DNA of 64,000 nucleotides from Desulfobacterales bacterium (GCA_963674755.2 CAXXVS010000003.1:2400001-2464000), one strand, 5' to 3'. Positions 26,795 through 35,659 are shown, counted from the first letter of the stretch. Notes: generated by a model from the letters alone, not told the origin. Numbers and translations: made by a program.

Positions 26795-28774
26795 ATGCCG
26801 CGGAAAAGGATCATCTGGTTGGTTGGGCTGGCCCTCGCGGGCCTGCTCCCCACCGGGCTTTGGGCCCAGGAGAGCGATACCACCATGGAAGAAGTCGTGG
26901 TCACGGCCACACGCACCCGGACCGCCCTGGACAAGGTCGGCGGCAGTTCCGTGACGGTTGTCACGGCCGCCGATATCGAGGCCAAGAAACAGACGACCGT
27001 CGAGGAAGTCATCAAAGGCGTTCCCGGTCTGGATGTCGTTTCAACCGGCGGCCCCGGCAGTTCGACATCGGTTTTCATTCGCGGGGCGGATTCCAAGAAC
27101 ACCCTGGTGTTGATCGACGGCATCATGGTCAATGACCCTTCTTCGACCAACCGCGCGGCAGATCTTGCCAATCTTACGACAGACAACATCGAGCGTATCG
27201 AAGTCGTACGGGGTCCTTTAAGCGCTTTATACGGCAGCAATGCCACGGCCGGGGTCATCAACATCATCACCAAAAAAGGCCGCGGCAAACCCTCGCTTTA
27301 TGTCGGCAGTGAATACGGTGCCTATAACACCTGGAAAACCTATGGCGGTGCCTCCGGGCAATGGGAAATGCTCAATTTTTCCTTTTCCGCCGCCCAAACG
27401 GAGACCGACGGGTTTTCAGCGGCCGACGACCGCAACAACGCTATCGCCGGCGGCCCGAACACCGCCGAAGACGACGGCTGGAAGAATACGACCCTTTCGG
27501 GCAAGTTCGGCGTCGATATCACGGACAATTTCGACATCAATGCCACGGTCCGTAATATCAGCGCCGAGGTGGACATCGACGACAGCAACGGCTATGCGGC
27601 CGACCAATGGGATTACAACACCTACCCGTATACCCTTGTTCCATATGGCACCAAGAAGCAAAAAACGGAAAACGATCAGCTGTTTTACACCTTTGACATC
27701 CATAACCGCTTTGGGGAGGGGATGTTCGATTCCCGTTTTTTCTATAAGGGCGCTGAACAGGAACGCTATATTTATGATGCCGCCGGCGATGAAACGAATT
27801 GGTACAAAGGCGACAGCATGGAAGCGGGCTGGCAGGGAGGCGTGACCTTTCCGGACTGGAACACGCTTTCCTTCGGATACACCTACTTCGAAGAGACCCT
27901 GGATCAAACGGACAGCCAGCGGGAAGATGCCCACATCAACAGTTTGTGGGCCAGCGATCAGCTTTTTCTCCTGGACGAGGCGCTGATCGTAGTGGCGAGT
28001 GCACGGGTCGACGACCATGATCGTTTCGGCACTGAAACCACCTGGCATCTGGCCCCTTCCTACTTCATTGAACAGACGGGCACGACATTCAAGGCAAGTT
28101 ACGGAACAGGCTTCCGGGCGCCGTCGCTTTACGAAATGTTTGCCGCGCCCATTCTGGCTTACGGCTTTCTGGGGGGAAATGAAGACCTGGATCCCGAGAA
28201 AAGCAAAGGCTGGGACGCGGGAATCGAGCAGGCCCTTTTCGGCGACCGCCTGACCGTTGGCGCGACCTATTTTCACACCAAATATGAAGATAAAATCGAG
28301 TTTGTCTACGATGCCGCAACGTTTACCTCGACCTATGAAAATCTGGATGGCACCACCACCACCAAAGGCGTCGAAGCGTTCATCCAATGGGTGCCCATGA
28401 CCGATCTGTCCTTCCTGCTCAACTATACTTACACCGATACAGAGGATCCGGATGGTGAGGAGCTCGTCCGTCGCCCCAAGAACAAAATTTACGTCAATAG
28501 CCGCTACCGTCTTTTCGACCGGGCGACCCTCAACCTGGATGTCTTCTGGGTGGACGAGCGCAAAGCCATAGCCTCGGCGGTCGATCGCTACGGAAACCAG
28601 GTCGAGGAACTCGACGCCTATTTCCTGGTCAACCTGGCGGCTTCCTATGACATTACCCGCCATGTGCAGGTCTATGGGCGCATCGACAACCTGTTCGATG
28701 AATACTATGAGGACGCCTGGAGCTACGCCACGCCGGGATTTTCCCTGTATGGCGGTGTGAAATTGACCTTTTAG
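26795..28774 (+). CDS. btuB: TonB-dependent cobalamin receptor
   Basis: EVVVTATR TonB box, FIRGA, LVLIDG, IERIEVVRGP..YGS, SYGTGFRAP, NLFDE.Y, C-terminal Phe; under B12 riboswitch control. Confidence 0.88.
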   Translation: MPRKRIIWLVGLALAGLLPTGLWAQESDTTMEEVVVTATRTRTALDKVGGSSVTVVTAADIEAKKQTTVEEVIKGVPGLDVVSTGGPGSSTSVFIRGADSKNTLVLIDGIMVNDPSSTNRAADLANLTTDNIERIEVVRGPLSALYGSNATAGVINIITKKGRGKPSLYVGSEYGAYNTWKTYGGASGQWEMLNFSFSAAQTETDGFSAADDRNNAIAGGPNTAEDDGWKNTTLSGKFGVDITDNFDINATVRNISAEVDIDDSNGYAADQWDYNTYPYTLVPYGTKKQKTENDQLFYTFDIHNRFGEGMFDSRFFYKGAEQERYIYDAAGDETNWYKGDSMEAGWQGGVTFPDWNTLSFGYTYFEETLDQTDSQREDAHINSLWASDQLFLLDEALIVVASARVDDHDRFGTETTWHLAPSYFIEQTGTTFKASYGTGFRAPSLYEMFAAPILAYGFLGGNEDLDPEKSKGWDAGIEQALFGDRLTVGATYFHTKYEDKIEFVYDAATFTSTYENLDGTTTTKGVEAFIQWVPMTDLSFLLNYTYTDTEDPDGEELVRRPKNKIYVNSRYRLFDRATLNLDVFWVDERKAIASAVDRYGNQVEELDAYFLVNLAASYDITRHVQVYGRIDNLFDEYYEDAWSYATPGFSLYGGVKLTF

Positions 28775-29583
28775 ACGTCCTTTTCAGACGCCGCTGCTTC
28801 CCAAAGGATCAGCTGGTGCGCCCGGGTGAAGAACTGGCGGTAGGCCAGGAACGCGGTTGTCAGGCCGCTCACGGCCGCCGCCCCGATGAGCATATACATG
28901 ACGATGATCTGCACCTGGACCGCTTCCAGGGCCGGCGCCCCGGCCAGGATCATGCCCGTCATGGCGCCCGGCAGGGAAATCAGGCCGACGGTTTTGGTGT
29001 TGTCCACGATGGGGGTCATCCCGGCCGCCATGGCCCGCTTCAACTGGCCCCTGACGGCCTGCCGCTGGGTGGCCCCCAGGGCCAGGGCCGCCTCGACCTG
29101 GGCCTTCTGAAGTTTGAGGTCGTCCCGCAGGCGGCTCATGACCAGGCCGCAGACCACCATGGCATTGCCCACGATCATGCCGGCAACGGGGATGATGTAG
29201 CGCGGCTGGTACGGAAATACTTTCAGCAGGAGCAGGGTGCCGATGGTGAAAAACGCGCTGCAACTGACCGCCGCCGTCGCCACCGGGGTACTGCGCGGCA
29301 CCCCCTTGCCGCGCCGGCCGGCGGTGTAGCCTGCGATGACGACCATGACGGCGACGATCAGTAAAATCCAGTAGGGCCCCTGGGCTGCGAAAATGAATTT
29401 AAGAACGTAGCCGATGGCGATCAGTTGCACAAAGGCCCGGATGACGGCTGTCAGCATATCCTTGCCCAGACCCATCTGTTGCCGCCAGGAGACCAGGACG
29501 GCTGCCCCCACCAGGGCCAGGGCGCCCAGAATGCGGGTCAGCCAGGGGAGAGATTCGATCAGCCAAGAGAGAGATTCGAACAC
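28771..29583 (-). CDS. fetB: FetB/YbbM (UPF0014) ABC permease
   Basis: RAFVQL..GY, PRYIIPVAGMIVGNAM, EAALALGAT, GLISLPGAMTGMILAG. Confidence 0.88.
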   Translation of the reverse strand: MFESLSWLIESLPWLTRILGALALVGAAVLVSWRQQMGLGKDMLTAVIRAFVQLIAIGYVLKFIFAAQGPYWILLIVAVMVVIAGYTAGRRGKGVPRSTPVATAAVSCSAFFTIGTLLLLKVFPYQPRYIIPVAGMIVGNAMVVCGLVMSRLRDDLKLQKAQVEAALALGATQRQAVRGQLKRAMAAGMTPIVDNTKTVGLISLPGAMTGMILAGAPALEAVQVQIIVMYMLIGAAAVSGLTTAFLAYRQFFTRAHQLILWEAAASEKDV

Positions 29584-29597
29584 CGCGGCACCTCCGG

Positions 29598-29738
29598 TAC
29601 GGTTTCGTAAAAGGCTTGATCCACCGGCGGCGGACGATTATCCGCGTTAGGTGGATCCCTCATTACGCCGGCGTACCGGCGTAGGCGTCGCTCTGCGGTA
29701 TCCACAAGCCTTGATCGCGAACATTTTACGAAATCGTC
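29598..29738. mobile_element. MITE-like element (family M2), copy 1
   Basis: ACGGTTTCGTAAAA / TTTTACGAAATCGT ends; the reverse complement aligns with 44316-44438. Confidence 0.8.
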
Positions 29739-29802
29739 TGGAATGTTATTATTATGGATTGATCCCCCAAACTTTTGCCTTCCATGCTTCCTGCCCCTTT
29801 CT

Positions 29803-30540
29803 TCAGAGCCGCCCGGCGGCAAAGTCGTCGATCAGGTGGTGGCGGTCGCGGAGGAGCAATTGCTTGGCATCACCGGCCTCGGCCACCCGCCCCGCCACCA
29901 GGAGTACGATGCGGTCGGCGGTGCGCTCCACCTGCTCGAAGGCGTGGGACACCCACACGACGGTAAGGTTCAATGTGTCGCGCAGTTTCAGGATGGTGTG
30001 CTCGATCTTGCGGGTGGCGGCCGGATCCAATGCGCTGCTGGGCTCGTCCAGCAGCAGCACCTCGGGCCGGTTGGCCAGGGTGCGTGCCAGGGCCACCCGC
30101 TGGGCTTGACCGCCGGAGAGCTGATCGGCCGGTTTGGCGGCCATGTCGGGCGTCAGTCCGGCCATTTGCAGCAGTTCTGCGATTTCATCCGCTCCCAGCC
30201 GCTTGCCCCGCAGGCCCGGGCCGTAGCCGATATTGGCGGCGACGCTCCCCTCGAAGAGGGCCGCGGACTGGAAGAGCATCCCCACCTGACGGCGCAGGCG
30301 CAGCACGTCCACAGTGGTGATGTCGCGCCCATCCAGGAAGATGCTGGCGGGCGGCGGCTCCCACAGGCGGTTCAGGCAGCGCAGCAGGGAAGACTTGCCG
30401 CTGCCGCTGGGGCCGATGATCGCGGTGACGCTGCCGGCCGGCATCTCGAGGGAAATGTCGTGGAGAAGGGCGGCGCCGTTGGGCAGGCTGAGGTTGAGAT
30501 GCTGAAGGACAAATTTAGCCGTCACGTGAAGACCTTTCAC
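29803..30540 (-). CDS. fetA: FetA/YbbL-like ABC ATP-binding protein
   Basis: GPSGSGKS, LSGGQAQR, LLDEPSSALD; adjacent to fetB. Confidence 0.82.
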   Translation of the reverse strand: MKGLHVTAKFVLQHLNLSLPNGAALLHDISLEMPAGSVTAIIGPSGSGKSSLLRCLNRLWEPPPASIFLDGRDITTVDVLRLRRQVGMLFQSAALFEGSVAANIGYGPGLRGKRLGADEIAELLQMAGLTPDMAAKPADQLSGGQAQRVALARTLANRPEVLLLDEPSSALDPAATRKIEHTILKLRDTLNLTVVWVSHAFEQVERTADRIVLLVAGRVAEAGDAKQLLLRDRHHLIDDFAAGRL

Positions 30541-30724
30541 CGGACGACGGGTGGAGGCCGCCGGCGTGATGGGAGGAGCGCCATTGCTGTGTCCAAGGCA
30601 TAACCGTTGGCCGTGTTTGCCAATAACGCCTGGTTAGGATCGCTTCACTTCAGGCGGCCAGCCACGTCTTTAGGGTGGGGACGGTGTCCTTGGGGCTGAC
30701 CTTGTAAGCGGCTCCGGCGATCCT

Positions 30725-30880
30725 GCCCTGCGCGTCGCCGACACGGCCGGAGCGTGCGGAAACTCGCTTCGCTCAGACCCGCCTCCGATAAACTTTGGCG
30801 GACAAGCAGGTCCGCGCGCTTTTATCCGGCCGCATCGCCGATGTTCGGCGCGGGACAAGGGGAACTCCAAACCCAAAAAC
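30725..30880. repeat. R1 repeat, copy D (partial)
   Basis: GCCCTGCGCGTCG..GGAAACTCGCTTCGCTCA..CGCCGATGTTCGGCGCGGGACAAGGGGAA. Confidence 0.85.
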
Positions 30881-30930
30881 CCCCGACAACTAGTCGTAAT
30901 GCCTGTAAGGTGTAATTGGTGTTCATTAGC

Positions 30931-30960
30931 CCCCTCGAATCCTCGACCCCCTGAATCCTT
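30931..30960. repeat. 8-bp periodic tandem repeat at the rubrerythrin stop
   Basis: CCCCTCGA-ATCCTCGA-CCCCCTGA-ATCCTT. Confidence 0.55.
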
Positions 30961-31482
30961 CTAAAAATCCATGTTGGCCGGTTCGTAGAACTCTTTGGGC
31001 TTCTTGCAGGAGGGGCACTTGGGCGGCGGTTCGGTGCCCTCGACGATGTACCCGCAGACGCTGCACTTCCACTTGATGGGCTGCTCGCGTTTGAAGACGG
31101 TCCCGGCTTCGACCATGGCAATGAGCTTCTGGTAGCGCGCCCGGTGGTGGGCCTCGATCTTGGCCACCTGCTCGAAGGCAATCTTGGCCAGGGTCTGGCC
31201 CTCGGCATCGGCTTCTTTGGCAAACTGGGGATACATGCTTTCCACTTCGTAATCCTCGCCGCCCATGGCCTCCTTCAGGTTGGTGAGGGTGTCACCGATG
31301 CCGCCCAGCAGCTTGAGATGGTCCTTGGCGTGCTGCATCTCGTTCATGGCCGTTTCCTCGAAGAGCTTGGCGATGTAGTGATAGCCCTCCTCCCGGGCCA
31401 CTTCGGCAAAAAAGGTGTACTTGTTGCGGGCCTGGGATTCACCGGCAAAGGCTGCCTTAAGGTTGTCGGTGGTTTTGCTCAT
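30961..31482 (-). CDS. rbr: Rubrerythrin
   Basis: NLKAAFAGESQA, E..H diiron motifs, WKCSVCGY..CPSC rubredoxin domain. Confidence 0.95.
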   Translation of the reverse strand: MSKTTDNLKAAFAGESQARNKYTFFAEVAREEGYHYIAKLFEETAMNEMQHAKDHLKLLGGIGDTLTNLKEAMGGEDYEVESMYPQFAKEADAEGQTLAKIAFEQVAKIEAHHRARYQKLIAMVEAGTVFKREQPIKWKCSVCGYIVEGTEPPPKCPSCKKPKEFYEPANMDF

Positions 31483-31585
31483 GATGCCTCCTTTGGGGTT
31501 GTCGTGTGGGAAGGTATGGTTTGTCGAAACACCGGAACACCGCGGCCTCTGCGGAAACGGTGTTCGGGTTGGTCAAGCCCCAGCT

Positions 31586-31633
31586 CGTGTCCGTTCAGCG
31601 GTGACCGAAAGATGCCGTTTATGGACGGACACG
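31586..31633. mobile_element. Minimal 48-bp M3 element (two TIRs only) overlapping the perR 3' end
   Basis: CGTGTCCGTTCAGCGGTGAC...TGCCGTTTATGGACGGACACG resembles both ends of 20768-21074. Confidence 0.6.
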
Positions 31634-32065
31634 GGTACACTTGTCGCACAGGCCTTTCAATACGACCCGTTTGCTGATCACCCTGAATTTCGAAGCGATC
31701 GCATCCGGCACATCGAGGCGGTTGTAAGCCTCGTGGGTAAAATCGATAATTCGGCCGCAGGCCACGCAGTGCAGGTGGTGGTGATGGCCCCTGTCCGGGT
31801 CGAAGCGTTTGGGCCCGCCGAACACCTCCACCACATCCACCAGACCGATCTCGGCAAAGGTCAGGAGGGTGCGGTTGACCGTGTCAAACGAGATGTGCGG
31901 ATAGGTTTTTTGCACTGCTTGGAACATGGCATCCGCTGTCGGGTGCTGGTCCGATTCAAGGAGTGCCTGGTAGACGGCCACCCGCTGGGGCGTGATTTTA
32001 AGGCCGCGGTGACGGCAGGATTCGACAAAAGCGTTCAGGCGCGGATCGGTTTCAGATGGATGCAT
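31619..32065 (-). CDS. perR: Fur-family repressor, PerR-like
   Basis: GLKITPQR, HPTA, S.DTV, HHHLHCVACG, G.C..C; directly upstream of rbr. Confidence 0.85.
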   Translation of the reverse strand: MHPSETDPRLNAFVESCRHRGLKITPQRVAVYQALLESDQHPTADAMFQAVQKTYPHISFDTVNRTLLTFAEIGLVDVVEVFGGPKRFDPDRGHHHHLHCVACGRIIDFTHEAYNRLDVPDAIASKFRVISKRVVLKGLCDKCTRVRP

Positions 32066-32074
32066 GGATATCTT

Positions 32075-32100
32075 AAATAGGATCTATTCTTATTTGTCAA
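32075..32100 (-). promoter_or_regulatory. PerR/Fur-type operator palindrome adjoining TTGACA
   Basis: AAATAGGATCTATTCTTATTT (32075-32095) imperfect palindrome next to a minus-strand TTGACA, ending 9 nt before the perR ATG. Confidence 0.65.
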
Positions 32101-32339
32101 GTGGATTTTCAGGCCGGAATTCTTCTCCGGGAATGCCCTATTGCCGCCTTGGTGCAGCCGTCGCAGAATGGCGTGACCGCCGCGACCTGTATCCTGAAAA
32201 CCGTCCAATAACCGCATCGCAAGGCCAATGCCTCATGCTGTATGGGAATTGTATTTCCTGTTTAATTGGGAACGCAAGCGGTTTGCGGTCAACGCCGTGG
32301 GCGAGTTCCTGCCATGGCGTTCCCGGCCGCTCTGCCGTC

Positions 32340-32723
32340 CATCCGCCGCCGACCTGGTGTCCTTTTGCAGCCTGTACGAGGGCTTCGGCAGGGTTGCCGG
32401 AAGCCGTCTATTTCAAGAAGCCGGTGGTATTGAACCGCTACGGCATTTTTATCGGCGTCATCGAGCCTCCGGGCTTCAAGTTCATCACCCTGGACGGCTA
32501 CCTGACACCGGAGGCTGTCGCGGCGGCCCGCCGGATTCTGAGCGGCGGCGCCGAGCGGTATGCCGATCCCGAGCGCAACTACGCCCTGGCCCGACGGCAC
32601 TTCTCCTACAATGGGCTGCGGCAGCATCTGCGCGCAATCCTGACCGATCTGGAAGGGGTTGCCGCTCCGGCCCTGCACGGGCTCCAGCCCGACACGAACG
32701 CCCCGATTAAATTGGCAGTTTAG
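32340..32723 (+). pseudogene. Frameshifted C-terminal fragment of a GT4 glycosyltransferase
   Basis: ADLVSFCSLYEGFG in one frame continues as EAVYFKKPVVLNRY...RNYALARRHFSY in another; no N-terminal part. Confidence 0.7.
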
Positions 32724-32936
32724 CCAAACACACCCTTCCTCTTGGCAAATGCGATGTTTTTTATGATCCTGGTTTAAAGTACCTATTTTATGCGCTTGAA
32801 ACCAATGCGATCGGTCGAACCGGCTTTTGACCTGATTGACGCTGCCTGATAAGAGGGTGCGGTTTGTTATGAAAGAAGGATGACATCGCCAGTGATGTTT
32901 GGGCCTGGCCCGGGTGATGCCCGCGGATATTCATCT

Positions 32937-32961
32937 GTAACCAATTAACGCTTCGATCGTT
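32937..32961 (+). promoter_or_regulatory. ECF sigma-type promoter
   Basis: GTAAC-16 nt-CGTT; the same motif and spacing recur at 34334-34358. Confidence 0.7.
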
Positions 32962-32972
32962 AATCTGATAAC

Positions 32973-33479
32973 GTGAAATCTTTCGAGCAATTTTACCAGC
33001 AATTCCGGGGGCGCTTCTTCGCCTATCTGCTCCGGCTGATCAGGGATCCCGACCTGGCCGGCGAGATTATGCAGGAGAGCTTTACCCGCTATCTGGAATC
33101 CTACGGTGACCGGCCGTGCGAAGCGCGCCTGCTATACACTATCGGGCGCAACGCCGCGCTGGATGTTTTCCGGCGCCGGCGCCGGGCGGACCCGGTGGAT
33201 ATGGAAACGCCGGACCCCGCCAAAGACCAGGAGCAGCGCCTCGCGATCAAACAAACCTGCCGGCATCTGGAGCAGGCCCTGGAGCTGCTGGCACCCGATG
33301 AGCGTGATGTGCTCCTGCTGGCGGCGAGCGGCGACCTCACCTATCGTGAAATCGCCGGCATGGCCGGTATATCGGAGTCGAACGTCAAAGTCAGGGTTCA
33401 CCGCGCGCGGGTGAAACTGCGCCACCTAATGAAGAAGGTCGATCATGATGGAAGAACTGCAAAGCATGTATATCGATGA
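32973..33479 (+). CDS. ECF RNA polymerase sigma factor
   Basis: Region 2 (AGEIMQESF..LYTIGRNAALD) and region 4 (LTYREIA..SESNVKVRVHRAR). Confidence 0.92.
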   Translation: MKSFEQFYQQFRGRFFAYLLRLIRDPDLAGEIMQESFTRYLESYGDRPCEARLLYTIGRNAALDVFRRRRRADPVDMETPDPAKDQEQRLAIKQTCRHLEQALELLAPDERDVLLLAASGDLTYREIAGMAGISESNVKVRVHRARVKLRHLMKKVDHDGRTAKHVYR

Positions 33480-34008
33480 CGAGCTCGATCTCAACGGGAA
33501 AATCATCTTCGTCGAAAAGGTCTACGGCGACCGGCGGTTCAAGGATGAAACCGTCGAACTGCTGTGGCAGGAAAAGCAGTTGCGGACCCCGCCTCCGGAG
33601 CGGGTGCCCGAGGTCGTTTTCCCCTCTAAACGCCACAGGGGGCAGGGGTTTCGGAGGCGCGTCCTCGTTCTGGCGGGAGGCCTGGCCGCGGCAATGCTGG
33701 CCTTCCTGATGGTCTGGACGAACGAACCCGTCCCGACGGAGGGGGCCAAGATCGCCCACCGCTTTGTCGTCTACCTGCCTGATGCCGGGCAAGCCGCCAT
33801 TGCGGGCAGTTTCAACGGCTGGCGGGCGATTCCCATGCAAAAGGCCGGACCGCAAGGCTATTGGGAAATCTCCCTCGACCTGGCGCCGGGGGAATACCGC
33901 TACAGCTTTATCCTGGACGACGGCCGCCGGGTGGCCGATCCCACGGTCTGGGCCCGCGAGAAAGACGATTTCGGTACGGAAAATTCCATCGTGGACGTAC
34001 GGCTATGA
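33445..34008 (+). CDS. Putative anti-sigma factor with C-terminal CBM48/AMPK-beta-like glycogen-binding domain
   Basis: N-terminal SMYIDDEL, one TM helix, AGSFNGW..W...L..GEYRYSFILD..ADP..DDFG.ENS. Confidence 0.8.
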   Translation: MMEELQSMYIDDELDLNGKIIFVEKVYGDRRFKDETVELLWQEKQLRTPPPERVPEVVFPSKRHRGQGFRRRVLVLAGGLAAAMLAFLMVWTNEPVPTEGAKIAHRFVVYLPDAGQAAIAGSFNGWRAIPMQKAGPQGYWEISLDLAPGEYRYSFILDDGRRVADPTVWAREKDDFGTENSIVDVRL

Positions 34009-34337
34009 CGGTCAGGCGGCTGGCCGGACTGGCGCTGCTGCCTGTCTTTTTGACGGTCGGATGCGCTACCCACTACATTCGCCGGGACGACGGGCGGGCC
34101 GCTTTTTTTCTGCGCTGTCCCGGGGCCCGTGAGGTGGCGCTGGCCACTTCCCTGGACGGATTCACCCCCCATAAGGCCCACCGCAGCGGCTCGGGCCAGT
34201 GGGTGGCCACGGTGGATGCCGACCGGGATTTCAGCTACTTCTATCTCGTGGACGGCAAAGTCTTCCAACCCGACTGCCGAATGGCCGAAGCGGACGACTT
34301 TGGCGGCACGAATTGCGTTTATACAATTGTCCCGTAA
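34005..34337 (+). CDS. Small lipoprotein with CBM48-like domain
   Basis: Lipobox TVGC; AREV..SLDGF..GQW..YFYLVDG..DDFGGTN; ATGA overlap with the upstream gene. Confidence 0.8.
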   Translation: MTVRRLAGLALLPVFLTVGCATHYIRRDDGRAAFFLRCPGAREVALATSLDGFTPHKAHRSGSGQWVATVDADRDFSYFYLVDGKVFQPDCRMAEADDFGGTNCVYTIVP

Positions 34338-34358
34338 CCTCTGGCGGGCGCGTGCGTT
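34334..34358 (+). promoter_or_regulatory. Second ECF sigma-type promoter
   Basis: GTAAC-16 nt-CGTT upstream of the AAAGGAG RBS. Confidence 0.65.
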
Positions 34359-34395
34359 GGAAGGGTAGAACCATATCATGAAAGGAGTTTCAGTC

Positions 34396-35250
34396 ATGAG
34401 ACATGCCTCCGCGGGACTTATCCTCTTTTTTCTCCTGGTGGTTGCGATGCCGGCCGGGGCCGATGCGGTGGACGACGGCCTGCCGGCGACGGTCAGCGAA
34501 CAGGTCCGCACCCAAACCCGGGAAATGATCCGGGTCGGCGTGCCGGCCGACGAGGCGCTTGCCATGACCCGTAGCATGGCGCAGCAGGGCTACTCGGACG
34601 CAGCCATGCGGCAGGCCCAGCACCAGATGATGGCGGCCTGTGAAGAAGGCCTGCCCCACGAACCGCTTTTCAACAAGCTGCAGGAGGGCCTGGCCAAACA
34701 GGTGCCGCCGGAAAATGTCGTTAAGGCCATGCAGACGGTCCGGGAACGCTACCGCTACAGTTACCGTTTCGCCCGGCAGATAACGGCCGACAAGACCCAG
34801 CAGAAGGCGTTGGGGCAAGCCCAGGCCCAGGCGCTGGCCGCCGGTCTGCAAACCAGGGACATGACGCGCATCCAGGATCAGGTGCGGCAACGGATCCGGT
34901 CGCAGACCTGTGACAACTGCCCGCAACTGGCCACGGAAAGCGCCCTGGCCGCCCGTGACATGGCACGGCTGGGGGTGGCTTCCCCAAATGTGGCGGAGGT
35001 GGTCGATGAGGCCCTGGAGATTGGCTATGACAGCCCCCGCATGCACCGCATGCGCCATCAGTTCCAGGAACGTGCGCAATATGAAGATCCCCAGGGACTG
35101 GCCCACCGCTATGCCAATGCCTTCCGCTATGGCCAGGATCCCGCGGCCGACAATGCCGGCGGCAGCCAGGGCAATCGGGGCGGCGGTAATGGTGACAGTG
35201 ACGGTGGTAGCGGCAATGGCGGCGGCAATGGAAACGGCGGCCGGCCATGA
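34396..35250 (+). CDS. Exported helical hypothetical protein with Gly/Asn-rich tail
   Basis: Signal peptide ending in AGA; NKLQEGLAK motif; GGSGNGGGNG tail. Confidence 0.8.
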   Translation: MRHASAGLILFFLLVVAMPAGADAVDDGLPATVSEQVRTQTREMIRVGVPADEALAMTRSMAQQGYSDAAMRQAQHQMMAACEEGLPHEPLFNKLQEGLAKQVPPENVVKAMQTVRERYRYSYRFARQITADKTQQKALGQAQAQALAAGLQTRDMTRIQDQVRQRIRSQTCDNCPQLATESALAARDMARLGVASPNVAEVVDEALEIGYDSPRMHRMRHQFQERAQYEDPQGLAHRYANAFRYGQDPAADNAGGSQGNRGGGNGDSDGGSGNGGGNGNGGRP

Positions 35251-35507
35251 GGCCCGGCCTTGTATAGGCGATCGAGACCGTTTTACAGGGGGGCTGCGGC
35301 CGACCGTCTGCCAAATCAACTGAGCGCATTCAGCGGGGAGCGTTCGCCGGGGAACCCGGCCAGCGCTCCTGCGCGTTGACCCCCTTTCCAGCCATTTCCG
35401 ATAGGCGGAAAAAAGACGTTCAATACCCTGCCGATACCTGCCGCCCAACCGGATGATCGTGGCCTGTCCGCCATTTGCCGCCGCCTCCGGCATCCCCTGA
35501 CAAGCGA

Positions 35508-35536
35508 TTGACATTTACCGGGAGTCCCGCTAAGGT
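35508..35536 (+). promoter_or_regulatory. Putative sigma70 promoter of the nuo operon
   Basis: TTGACA-17 nt-TAAGGT. Confidence 0.6.
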
Positions 35537-35659
35537 GGGTCCCGCTGGTTTTCTTGAGGGTTATTTTCTTCCGTATTCCCGTGATCAGCGGCGGCCGACC
35601 CAGCGACCATTCTGCGGCTATCCGATGAATCCCAAAGACGCACCGATGGCGGAGGTGGC

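Noticed and set aside
35150..35245. GGCGGCAAT-type repeats
   Set aside because: This is a coding low-complexity Gly/Asn tail, not an independent repeat element.
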